A stretch of DNA of 64,000 bases. It comes from Chrysomallon squamiferum. Taxonomy: Eukaryota; Animalia; Mollusca. This document shows, piece after piece, positions 21,397-34,850 of this stretch. The stretch's first letter is position 1. Each line of letters starts with the position of its first letter. The stretch spans positions 2,790,001-2,854,000 of the forward strand of contig CM022673.1 in NCBI GenBank assembly GCA_012295275.1. Direction: 5' to 3'. The translations under genes and the position numbers were made by a program. Below the pieces are notes generated by a model that saw only the letters and a list, made by a program, of their open reading frames with translations, searched no databases and was not told the origin of the DNA.

Positions 21397-24300
21397 CTGA
21401 AACGAAAACAATTGGTCTTTGTAAAGAAAACATATAACACATACATGTATATACATACATTTTAAAAGAATATTAAAAATAAATAAATAAACAAATTTAC
21501 AAATATTTTGGATTTATCTGTTAAATAATATAATATTCTTTTTTTTTTTTTTGTTAAATATCGTATTTAACTGTACAAGAATAGATATGCACACATCATA
21601 TATCCATTTCTTCTGTGTTATATATAAATGAATATATATATGCATATTCTTAATATCAATTTTAAAATACTAGTGCTATTTCACATATCATGGTGCACAC
21701 AAATTCAAATTATCCTCAATTTGTATGCATTTTAAAAACTTGTAATCATTTCAAAGTCAAACACACAATTTATAACTGACAGAATAAATGATTATTAAAC
21801 CCACCCAAATAAATCAAAAAATAAATTTTTGTTTAAACAGGATCCATGCAAATATTACAGAACACCACTGCTTATGTATATATGAATAATAGAGATACAC
21901 ATGCATGTGTTGATCAGTTGGTATCATGCCTGCATATGCACATCAATGCAAATAATAAGAGAAAGGCAAGCAATATAATCTTTTCGAAGTTCCCATAGCT
22001 GTCACAAGAACCTAAAAACAATGCAGATTTTCTTCACAGTTTAACAATAAAGCTATTTATTATTTATTTATTTTGATCGACTGACTATTATTATCTTTAA
22101 AAAAAAAAGAAATAAATAAAGTTAGCTGAAATAACATTATGAAATGTGTACCAAGCATACTTCAGGGAATTTAAATTATAATTTAACTTTTATTTTCATT
22201 TTATGAGTATTTTTATTTATGCCAAAACCAATTATTTGCATTTATTTTCATTTCAATTTCAATACCTCTTTAAAATTCTCCTCTCAGTTTATTTGTTTTA
22301 TAGTTACGAAATAATTTATAATCTGAATTATGTGGTATGAACAAAGAGTTTAATTTTAGGAAATACTTTCAGTGTCCTTCCACTAGAAATTTGTTTAAGA
22401 AACAGCTGTAATGGCTTTATTTGGAAAATGAATGGTTGTCATGTAATGAATTTATTTTATGTACATTATCTACTATTGATATCAACAGATAGACAGGCTG
22501 CTGTCAGAGATGTGCAACAGCACACCTCATATTTTACAACTACAAGAAAAATAATCAATATGTGTAACCCGAGGCAGAAAAATAAGCCAACTCTTAACAA
22601 AGCTAAAAACTAGGAATAACATAAAACGGTTTCATATTCTATGCAAAATTTGATCTAATTAATAATTAATGAAGTACATTGTGAGTGTCATTTAAAAAAA
22701 AGAAAAAAGTACAAATTTATTTTAAAAAAAGAAAGAAAAAAAGTAAGAAGTATATAAGGAGAGATAGACAGAAAAAAAACAGAAGAGCCAAAATACTAAT
22801 TTAATATTAAAACAAACAATTGGCAAATTATTTTTATTTATAAAATAAACATCTTAAAATCATTTTTAAAACCCAAAATACTAAAAGTAAAATAATGAAA
22901 CAAGATTTCTTAAAATTTTAATTGTATTTTTCAAACTGCATATTAAAAAAAAAAAAAAAAAAGTTCTGAAATGTACATGTATATAAACATAAACCAATAT
23001 ATAAAATTTAATAAAGATAAAAAAATAAATTAAAATAACAATAAAATTAGTTTTTTAAGAAAACTAAAAAAGAGGGAGAAAAAAATTAAAAGGAAAGAAA
23101 AAAATAAAATGACAATGACAATTCTAAGGTACATTCAATATATTCAGTTTTCTTTTTGACAAACTGTTATTTTAAAATGTATAAACAAATTTACAACCGA
23201 CGAAAGAGCCATCCACTGTATGCATTCTGTAAACACACTCATTTGTCTACTAATGATGCAGGTATACAGAAATGCAAATATGCAACTTCCCTGCCCTTTC
23301 CCTGATGGACAACAGACACAAACACACAAAAGTAAGTATCCAGTTACAGAGCAGTACAAAATAAACCCATCCCAGACTGAGAAAAATAAACACACCCCTA
23401 CCCTACCAACCTGCCTTCATCTTAAACCCACCCCAAAAAACCCTAATATGTAATGAATGACTCAGTAAGGCTACAAAACAATTGCTACAACAGCTGACAC
23501 AAATATACAACACACATCCCTTGCCCTTCATGATGCAACATACTCTCTGTAATCAGACATTTTACACCTCCCCAGCACCACCACCAACTCCCACCATAAA
23601 ACCTCCCACATGTTTTCTGTCACTTGAAAGACCAGCATACTGATGCAAATGTTCTTGTTTTGCATACAAGCATTAAACACACAAACACACTAAAAAAAAA
23701 AAAAAAAAAAAAAACTCGAACACCACATTCAGTTTAATGTAACATCAATTCTTGGCACACATTATTATATATAAATATTTATACTAATACATTCTGTGTG
23801 TTGGCTTATTTTTCTGTTCCCATGCTTACTTCTTACAACAATTGAGGAAGGGTGGTCTCACACATCAGTTTATAAACCGGAAGGTAGCAGTACTCAGTAA
23901 TATAATGAAGTAACTTGATATAAAAACAGGAAGTAATGAACTGAAACCTTTGTAGTATACTTACAAAGTCTGTGTCAATTTAGTACAGTTTAGTGAAATT
24001 ATTTATTTACATAAAATTAATAATAATAATAATGATAACATCAATAAAATAAATTTAAAAAAATATATTTTAAAAATAGTTTAAAACGATTTCTTTTTTT
24101 AAAATTAAATAATAAATTAATAAAGCTTAAATGAAAGCCTTTTCTAAATCTAATGTACAAGGAATTAACTAAAATATGAAAAAAAATAATAAAATACTAA
24201 AACAAAGAAAGACTGATTGATGGTTCAGATAATTAAAAAAAGTAAACTGAATAAAATTAGATTAGAAAAGAATATAATAAAATACTACTTACAACTACTA

Positions 24301-24488
24301 ATACTAAAATAAAAGATTTAAAAAAAAAAAAATATATATATATATAAAATAAATAAATGAAGAAAATAAAACAAAAGAGAAACACTTAGGCTTAAAAAAA
24401 AAAAAAAAAAAATGAAATCTTCGAAAAATGAAAAAAAGACTGAGTTTGTGACCACCACTTCCGAGTTATTGCTTAGAGTGTGTCTTAC

Positions 24489-24637
24489 GTGAGTGTGGAT
24501 TTGCACTGCGAACACTTAAAACAGGTTTTATGGTAGACAACTTTGTTCATCTCCAGTCTTTCCATGGCATAAACGCTTTTCCCACAGACTCCACATTTCT
24601 CTGTCTGGACAGCGACCAAAAATCCAGTCTTTTTTGC
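24489..24637 (-). CDS. EPLIN/LIMA1-like LIM protein, first half of LIM domain
   Basis: 149 nt, phase 0->2, AKKTGFLVAVQTEKCGVCGKSVYAMERLEMNKVVYHKTCFKCSQCKSTL; donor GTAAGA. Confidence 0.93.
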
Positions 24638-26456
24638 CTACATGGCCAAATTAGTACAAACAATAACATAATGCATTAGTATTCAAACCAACACAAAAGA
24701 AAAGAACCAGCAGTAAGACTTTACAAGCAAAAAATAAAGGAAATTAATTTTTAAAAATAAATAATAATAATGATAATTCCTACAGCAAAAGAAAGCATTC
24801 TTTTAAATTATTTTTTTTACTACAAAAATGCATGCATTACTAGTTGCACCATTTAGGTTTTTCTTGTTACATGCAAATTAATCTGAAAAAGGTTTTAGTT
24901 TTATTTATTTTTTAAATAGTAAGAAAATAATATCATATATTTTCATTTGCAGATATTTAGTATAAAGATCATTGAAATAATTAATTTTCATGTAATATAT
25001 TATGATATTAATTTACATATATATCAAAACTAGTTTATTTATTTGTGACATTTAAATTAAGTATATATTTTAATGATAATGAACATGATGATGAAAAATG
25101 ATTGTGATGATGATAAAGAAATATTAATAATATATAAAACACATAATTAGGACAAGACAACAACAACACAGTAATTAGTATGTTTGACTGAAGTCTGTAA
25201 CTGGAAGGAACAAAATGATATAGCTGTTTACAGAAGAAAAAAAATATGATATACATACTTTAATGCGACATTTGAAAAATATCATGTGTGTAATTATATC
25301 AGCAGTATTTATATGACATGAATAATGCTCCATAATACATATGTTATATTAGTACAGCATCATAATGCAATTTGTATCACTGTATATTTGTAAATTTTTG
25401 TTCAGGTAAAGCATTGATATCCAAAAATGAATGCACTTATACCAGAGAGTGTAAGTGGTTACATAAAATTAATTTAAAAACAACAATAAATAAAAAACAA
25501 AAATTAAAGAAAAGAATTTTAGGTATCAAGACTCAGTCAAACATACATTTGAAGAAAACTGTTAAGTAAAAATAAATTGTAAATATTGTTAATAATGTTA
25601 GTTTTAACCAAGCTATGATAAGCAGTAATAAGTAATTTGACAGTTTTATTTATTATTTATTACACAAAAACATTTTACAAAACCATGAAACATAATCAAT
25701 ATATATAGTTACAATTCAAATTAATTTATGAGTTTGTTAACATTATTATGAATTTTTTATTTATTTCATTTTTACAGGGACATTATTACTATTATAATCT
25801 TGAAAAAAATAATAAAATTGAATAAGCAGTATCAAGAAAAAAAATTTTTTACACGATGAAAGATATATAAAACCAAAATTTATTAACTTCCCTAAAAAAA
25901 GAAAAGAGAAAAGGAAAGTATATAATAAAATATGGTAAAGCAAGTTAATTTTTATTTCCTAGATTTGATTTCCAGTTTTTAACACATTTGTTTTTTCTCT
26001 GTAAAATCTGAACCTATGTTTGTTACTGGAGTTTGAACTCTTTTTGTAACAAATCAACACCACGTGTGTTGAAGGGTTTCACTTTTCATCACTGTTGGTT
26101 GGTGTTAATGGAAAACTATTTCAGGTCACACTGTAACTGAATTAACACTTGTTTTCAGATGAACTATACAAGATAAAAAAATTAATTACCCCCCCCCCCA
26201 AAGAAAAACAACATAACAATAATTTTTTTAAATAAAAAAAAAAATAATATAGACAGAAAATATTAATAGTAATATGATAAAACATGTTTATTTTTTAAAA
26301 AATGGAATTAAGGCTTTGTAAACATACAAATATTATTTACAGTATGATCCAAACTTTAAAAATAGAGACATATTTGATATTATAAGGCAAAATGAAATTT
26401 ATAATAAAATTTAAATATGTTTCATGGTTTCCTATACGTATTCTGTGATTTCATAA

Positions 26457-26622
26457 TAATGAGGACTGCTTCAGAAATTCAGTAACAATATGAAAATATT
26501 TTTATTTAAAACATTAAATTAAATTTAAAATGTCCCAACCATTTAATGAATTTTTTATTTTTATTTTAACTTGTTCCTCATTTACTTGAAAAATGCAAAT
26601 GTTTCTGAAGCAGTCCTTATTA
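26457..26622. repeat. 21-bp inverted repeat with 124-bp AT-rich spacer
   Basis: taatgaggactgcttcagaaa (26457-26477) vs tttctgaagcagtccttatta (26602-26622), 20/21 complementary. Confidence 0.85.
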
Positions 26623-27607
26623 AATACTTGTTAGACAAAAACTCACTGACAACAAAACAGTAAACAAACCTAGAAAGAACACATACTTTGTTTATCTATT
26701 TTTACTTGAATGTTTAACATCATATCACTACAGTAAAACCATGGTGTCAAATAACCAGTGAAAATGTAAATTTGAATACGAAATGATGATAATTCGAATT
26801 CTTTTTTTTTAGAAGTTTTTCTTTCATTTATGTACTTCCACATTTTATGCGGTAGAACCATTCATCATTCTGTAAGTGGCATTCTTAATGATATTTCATT
26901 GTTATATCACTTCAGAGTAATGAATTTCGCAAGCCTTTATATGATAATCAGATAAACAGAGCAAGAACAGAAACTATAACATCAGAGATCAATTCTATAC
27001 CAGTCACATCCATTACATGTTTATGTTTTATCAAATAGAGATTATGAACAGCAAAAGAAATAGATATAAAAATTAAAAACATTTATCTCTTAAAAATGAA
27101 AGGAAAAAATTAATTCAAATTCAGATATATTAAACAGATATATTAAACAGACATGTCCAAATTATTTGTAGTATTAGATTTTTTTAACTTATTAATTATA
27201 ATTCTGTCCTAAAATAGAAATTACATTCTTAGTTTACCCATCTTTAAGGGATTTATTTATGTGGTTGATATCACTGGCACAGAATACAGAATTAACACAA
27301 AAATGCACTTTCTAAACTATCCACACACACTATTAGTATCAACTAAATGGAAAAAAGTGTTAACTTAAGTTACAAAAACCTAGAAATGACAAACACAGTA
27401 TCAGGAATTTGGTTTAGAAAAAACAAAAAAAAAAGAAACAAAAACAATATTAATACTATCAGTAATAATCATCAATAATAAATAAATGAGTTCAAAAATT
27501 TTAGTCCATCTTTTCTTGTAAAATATAAACAACTTTAATTATTTTTAAAATTTCAAATCCCTTAGCAACAGTGTTTGGCAGTTTCTAGGTGGAAGACAAC
27601 AACAAGG

Positions 27608-27772
27608 TTAAAGGTCAGAGGGAAGGAGAGTGAATACATCAGCTATTTTCTTCGAATGAGCGGCAGCAGGCACTTCTCTATGATCCACAGTATCGTGGTT
27701 AGAAGACTTCCGGGAACAAACCTTTGTCTCAATTCTATTAGGACTCTTTCTACTGGAATCTCCTTGCTCTTC
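27608..27772 (-). CDS. Candidate alternative exon of the LIM gene (51-nt cassette 27722-27772, or terminal exon giving a LIM-less isoform)
   Basis: Acceptor gattttag, phase 0, EEQGDSSRKSPNRIETK|(GTTTGT)VCSRKSSNHDTVDHREVPAAAHSKKIADVFTLLPSDL*; GC-raised island in an AT-rich intron. Confidence 0.55.
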   Translation of the reverse strand, partial: EEQGDSSRKSPNRIETKVCSRKSSNHDTVDHREVPAAAHSKKIADVFTLLPSDL

Positions 27773-30700
27773 CTAAAATCATATCAAGGATCAGGTAAGG
27801 GAAAATAAGCATGTAAAAACAACCTTCAAGAATCAACCAAAAACAAACAAAACAAAAATGCCACCTAAACGTTGGCTCTTGTGGTTTTAGAAAGGTTTAT
27901 CCCCGCTTAGATGTGAGAGGTAAAAAATAAAATAAATAAAAGTAGCTGAAAAATATAAAAATACTTTAAGACTGTTATTGGCTTAAGATATTTCAAGTAT
28001 AGTTCTTATTTTTTTTCCCTTTAAGTAAAAGTATTATCTGTCTAAAAAAAATTAGTTTAAAAATAAAATTAAATAAATAAAAAGTAAGATAAAAAAAATC
28101 CACAATTATGTTTATAGAGTATTTTATTACATTTCTAATTTTTTTATTTTTTTTGCTTGCATATGATAATGTAAAATTTGAAACGAATTGCTAATTTAGT
28201 TGAACATTATTTGATATTTTATTTCATATGTTATAGTAACTTATTTCCATGTTATTTTATAATTATTTTTCTGTATATAAAGGATTTAGATCTGGAAATT
28301 TTTGTTTTTGTTTTTTTATTAATTGATATGACTATTGTGACTGGTTACAAAACAAAGCTATTGCAACAGTCTAAATGTTTGAAAAATTTTAATAAAGTAT
28401 TTTTGCAAATAAATGTAAGAGAAAATTGTGAACATGAAGAATTTAACTGCACACTAATCTACTTCCAATTTAGCAATGAAATAACATTAAAACTAGTTTA
28501 GTCACTGATAATTTCATCATATACAATCATAATTATTCAGAGAAAGTTTTCTATATTATCCTTTATAATGTTTGAAACATTCAGATTTCCTTAACTTATA
28601 TTTTAGAGAAACTGAAAAAAAAAAAAAAATGAAAAACAAATAAATCTTTTTTTTTTTTTTTTAATAAAAACAATAAATGAGAAATGAAAATTATAATTTA
28701 GAGAATTTTGTTTTGTTTTGATTCAAGCTTTTATGCTTATGTGCTATTATATTGTTTATATTTTTTCTAAAGGATGTATTTAATTATTTGACTTGTCTAA
28801 CTTTTCATCTAAAACAGAAGAGACATTATTTATCATGGTGAGAAAAACTGACAATGCATTCAGTATTGACTGTTCAGGAATGAAGTTTGAACAAAAGAAC
28901 AGTGTACTGTTATGTGGTTAGAATGGGACATCTGTTCACAATGCAGACTCCCAGCTGTCAGTCATAACACTGTTAGCCTATTTCATATCACAGTGCTATT
29001 AAAAATGATATGACAGCTTGTTTAATATTTATGTTTATTTTGGGTGTAATTCATTTAATAAATCTGATTTATTATGTACTAACAATAATAAATAAATAAA
29101 ATTAAGAATGAAATAAAGATATTATATATATATAGGCCTATATATTACTTTTAAAAAACAAAAATTTTAATTCAAAATTCTTAGTTATTGATACTGTTCT
29201 GTATTACTTGAATATTTCATATTATTTTATTTATTCCCCAAGCTATTTTTCAATATTCCATTATTTACATGTATCTGTAACTGCATGTTCATTATCTGGC
29301 CCTAGCAGAAACTGCTCAATCCGTGTAATTATTATCCAACTACTTCCGACTGGTGTGACTAATTCTCCCCTTGCAGCAATTTAAGTAACAGACCATAAAA
29401 TTAAATTTGAAGGGAATTGTGAAATATAATTGACTGTATATAAAGGTTAATGATATTTTTCAAAAGTTACTATGAATGAGCAAAGAAATCATTAAAATAC
29501 TTGATTTTATTAAAATGTGTGGATAATTCTTTCTTTTTTTTAATGATTTTACACAAGTATATATTTAATAATATAAAATGTTCTTTGTTTTAATAATTGT
29601 GTACTGAAATATGATTGTTCAATTTATTATAATGCTTTTTAAAATTATTTTGTCATATTTATTATTACTAATACATATTTTCTAGCAACTTATTTGGTCA
29701 GAACAAACAAATTAAAATCAACAAAGAAAGGAATGCTGTTCAACTACTGTATCTGGCCTATAACAAAACCCCAAAGGAAAGTTACTATTATTAGGAAAAT
29801 GGAATCCATTTTTTTTATCCAGTTAACAAGTATCGGAAGATTTTCTATTATCATTATGGAATAACGTTTCTGCTAGCAGGGTTCAATCAATGAATCCCAT
29901 TATGATGGATTTCTGAGCCAGAAGGACAAGAAGTGTAAATGAAACCAAGCAAATTCCATTCAATCAGATAAAAGACTAGAGTAAATCCACTTCATTACTG
30001 AGTGGAAACTGCAGATAATAACCTTTTATTAACCAGCTACTTTGTAACATAAAAGCAAAATTAAGAAACCACCACAAGATTCATGTGTAACATGTTTACA
30101 CAATTTTGTTTTAACTATCCATACATATATGTATATACTATATGTATACATAAATGAAGAAAGAAAAATAGATAGAAAACACCAAGTAAACACTTTTTGA
30201 AACAACCAGTTTTTACAGTCTGTCAGTTTATAAAATCAAAATAAATAAATAAATAAATAAATAAGAAAACAAAATCCAGAAAACAGTTTTCAGAAATGTA
30301 ATAAAGAAACAACCAAATTTGGTATAATCTATGAATTCTTCGATATACAAAAATGTTATAAAGAAAAAACCACAACACAACACTTTTCAACAGTTTAAGT
30401 TTTTTTTTTCATGTAACCTAATTCATCTCATCAATTAATAAAAGCAGATCAATAAAAAAACAAGAAAAATAACAGCTAAAGAAAAAACAACTTTGATTGC
30501 TGGATAAATAATTAAAAACAAAAAAGAAGAATCCCAAATGATGTTAATATCATTTATACACTAATACAGTGTAAGTAATAATAAACATATCCATAAACAA
30601 TACCTATAACTTACAATAAACAAAACCAAAACAATCTTTTACTAATTCTATCTGCCCAAATAAGGAGAAACCACAGAGAAAATGCTGAAGAAATCTATAG

Positions 30701-31231
30701 GAAAATATAAACACTTGCTCCAAAGACAAAGTACCAATGAAAACACACTACACCAACTGTAATCATTAATATTAAATTATTATTATTATTATTATTAATA
30801 TGAACAACAGAACTATTAGTCTAAAACCCATGCAACAAAGTCATCTAAACTCTGACAGACCTAACAAAGAACATGGTTACAGTCAGTGTTACATCTATAA
30901 CAGTTATTTTACTCTACCTCCATTGATGCTACTTCTGCTGTTGTGATTTTAAACTGGGAGCTTTAACACAACACTTGCTATTCTTAGCTGTGGAGAGTGA
31001 GGGCAAGGGGAGGCAATCTATACCAGCTGGCCAGAAGCACCAAAGCAGTGAACAAGCTGACCAATAGTGGCAGGGCTTGTAAAAAGGTTGCAACTAGAAC
31101 ATTGTTACACAGGCCTGCTGCAGAAAGCAGACGCAATTATCTGCTGCTGGTGGCTATTTTTAAACCTGGAGGCATTTGTAAGATCTGACCAAATAGTTTG
31201 CCCTTTATTGGTGCTTTTATTATTGTTGTTA

Positions 31232-31273
<42 letters not shown>

Positions 31274-31400
31274 CTGGTAATTATTAATTTAAGTGACTTT
31301 TGTTTTATATATATTCAAAATTATAAAAATATAATAAAATACATAAATGAATGAATAAATAATAATAATAATAATAATAATCATAATAATCATAATAATC

Positions 31401-31432
<32 letters not shown>
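31232..31432. repeat. (ATT)n and (AAT/AATCAT)n microsatellites in opposite orientation
   Basis: Direct reading; similar (AAT)n tracts at 32051-32090, 34803-34855, 44786-44823, 48551-48607, 61111-61169 and 61880-61948. Confidence 0.9.
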
Positions 31433-31435
<3 letters not shown>

Positions 31436-32048
31436 CTGACTGAATACTTTTTATTTGGATTTATTTATTTATTTATTTATTTATTTGTTTAAGGAATCAT
31501 CTGTATGGAATTGAAAATAACATATAAAAAAAAACTAAAAAAAAAACTCAATTAGAACCAGACCTGTTGTCATGGATATTATTACTAATCTCAGTATTAA
31601 TTTTTTATTAGTTCATTTTTAACTCTGAAAACCTTAATAAACATACTAATTAACATTGAATAAAACAAATTAAAAAATAAAAATAAAAATAAAAATCCTA
31701 TGACTATTTTCAATGCATGAATCAAATGCTTTGTCCACACAAAACCCCAAAAGAAAAACATATTATGCACATAAAAATATGCACATGTATGAAATGTAAA
31801 ATAATTAGAAAAACAAAAGAATCAAGAAATATTTTGTTGTAAATAGCAACAACAACAACCAAAAAACACACTCAAAAAAAAATTAACTCATTCACATAAA
31901 GTGTTTTTATATTGTTTACAAGTGATGTGACATTCTGAAGTGAAGGGATTAAATGAAAGAAATATTAATTTTTAGCACTATTAAAATTATTGTCATTTGA
32001 AAAACATGAAATATGAAGATACAAATTATAGATAAAACAACAACAAAA

Positions 32049-32090
<42 letters not shown>

Positions 32091-32823
32091 TTAAAACATG
32101 AAAATAATACAAAATAATACAAAATATGACATTCTGGGTCAAAAACACATATCCAGTTAAATCTGAAACATTAAATCAACCATTATTATACCTGCAATAA
32201 CAATATTTTATATTAACATGAAACAAATGATGAAACATGAAATAGATGAATTATTATTCTGTATATAAATAATATGTATATCATTATCTTCAAGATACAA
32301 CTAATAATGAACTATTCCTTATGCCAAATAGAATATGAAATAAATACTGGATTACAAATTATCTTTACTTTACATACATAGTTTTTTTTATTAATTTTTT
32401 ATTTATTATTACTTTTTGAATATAACTAATTCATGCAGTTAGTTGAAATAATGTAAAGAGTTAACCCTCTTTAAAGAAAAAAAGATGCTAATTAAAAAGG
32501 CATCCATAACTAATATTCTTTCAGATTCTTGTTAAATAAAAAGCCTAAAGGTAAATCATGCACTGTGAACATATACGTGGTAGAAAAAAAAAAAAGAAAA
32601 AAAAAGAAGTGAAAAAAGAAGCTAACTTAAATATATATCTATATATATATATATATCATGCAAATTCTATATCAAACAGGAAGCACCTCCTGAAATAAAG
32701 ACAATAGCAATAACATTTTTTGTTTAAAAAAACAAAACAGCATAAAATAAAAGATAAATAAATAAATAGCAGAATGGAAAGCCCATCATTTTGCCTCTTT
32801 GTTGAATATATTAAAACACTTAC

Positions 32824-34530
32824 CTTTTTTGAAACAGGTTTTGGTGGTTGTTTATTCACCTCTTCTTGAATATGCTTGAATTTTTCCAACATTTTTTTCG
32901 TAGTATTACTTTTTGGCATGCCTTCCATCCAGTCGGTGTCTGCTTCGCGGTAGACGTCAGGACGCGTTCCTGGTTCACTTTCAAACACTGTCGGTTCCTG
33001 CTGAACAACCTCGGGAGACTTTGGTGATTTTGGACTGCGGGCAGCTTTGACTCGTTCCTCTTCTCGTGGCGGTGTGAATTCTTTGACAGGTTTGGGTGAC
33101 GCCACCTTTGTGTTGCCTTGATTTTCCATCTGCTTCCAGCGAGACACCAAATTCTTCGCCATGCCTCTCTCTGGAAGTTCCTCTTCGAACTTTGGCGGAT
33201 CACTTTCTTTTATAACTCCCTCCTTATGCTCTGGTTTATTCTCCAAGATGCCACTCTCTGGCTGTCTGTTGTACTCTGGTACAAACTGTTTCGGCTGATT
33301 CTCAAATACTCCAGATTCGGCTTTTGGTGGAGTGATTTCCCTTTTTTGTTTGGCAGAGACGATAGGTTTTGAACTTTCAGCTTCCAGCTGTTTGAATCGA
33401 GAAACGAGAGACTTTGCAAGCCCTGTTTCTGGAACAATATCTTCAGGATTATCTTCAGCCCGAACCACGTCTGGTAATACTTGAGGCTGACTCTCAAAAA
33501 CACCAGAATTCTGGGTAATGTTAACTTCCTCTCTTGGTGGGGTCATTTCCTTTATCCTTACAGGGGTAGGAGGAGGGGACTTGGCTTGGGTCTCCAGCTC
33601 ACGGAACTTGGCAGCAATGTGTTGTGCATAGCCTCTCTCTGGCAGTGGTTCTTCTGACACTGGCTGGTCACATTTAACAATTTCTGTGGTTGGACTGTAA
33701 GGTTGATTCTCGAAAACTCCAGCTTCAGCTCGTCCCTCGTAAGTCTCCACATAACCTCGTGGTTCACTGACATATTCCACTTTTGTTGAACGATCTGGGG
33801 TCATTTCTTTCTTCCTTGGCTGAGATGGGGCAGGAACTACACCTCTTTCCATCTGCTTGAATTTCGAGGCAATATTTTTTGCATAGCCCTGTTCTGGTAA
33901 CTCTTCTTCAATTTCCTGTCCACTCTTGATGACATTGTCAATATGACCAGGCTGATTCTCAAACACTCCTGAATCAGCTCTGCCTTCGTACTTTTCAACA
34001 TATCCTCGAGGTTCACTCACGAACTCCACTTTACCACCATCACGATCTGGAGTTATCTCTCTTTTGCCTGCTGACTTTGTAGTGCTACCCCCAGTCTTTT
34101 CCAACTCTTTGAATTTGGAGGCCACATTCCGAGCCATTCCATGTTCAGGCAGGATGTCTTCTGGAGCTCCACCTGATCTCACAACGTCTGGATTGTAATC
34201 AGGCTGGTTCTCAAAAATACCAGCTTCTGGCCTGCCTTGGTATGTTTCCACCATTGCCCTCGGCTCACTAACATATTCCACTGGACCATGGACTGATTCT
34301 GGTGGTGTGATCTCCTTCTTTCTTGGTTCCTGTGGTTCATCCTTAATGTGTGCAAATTTGTTCAGCAGATTCTTGGCCATGCCCACAGCAGGTAAACCTT
34401 CAGCTATGTTGGTGTCAGATTCACGAACAACATCAGAACGTTTCATTGGTTCATTTTCATAGATACCTTCCTCTTGTTCATCAGTGTGTGTTGGGTAATC
34501 AGTTACGTCCTTGCTTGATTCAAACTGATA
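32824..34530 (-). CDS. EPLIN/Xin-like LIM protein, large repeat-encoding exon
   Basis: ORF 32656..34446 extended to acceptor atttgtag (34531); donor AAG|GTAAGT; 1707 nt, phase 0->0; seven imperfect repeats GVFENQP...DVVR...LPExGxAKxxxSKFKxxE...KEITP. Confidence 0.93.
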
Positions 34531-34801
34531 CTACAAATATAAAATTACCACAAATAAATAAATAAATAAATATATAAATATATAAATAAATAATGATGAT
34601 GTTGTTAATTCCTATCCTATGTCCCTAAAAAAAAAGATTTTTTTTAAAGTTTTGTTTCTGAAATTTATAAGAATAATGTAAATTTTTATATGCAGGAATC
34701 TAAACAAATGGATCAAACTAATTATAAACATGATTTGAAACAGAGGTAATATGTCCAGTATCAGAATGACTGTAAATAGTTATAAATTCCTTTTCACATT
34801 A

Positions 34802-34850
<49 letters not shown>

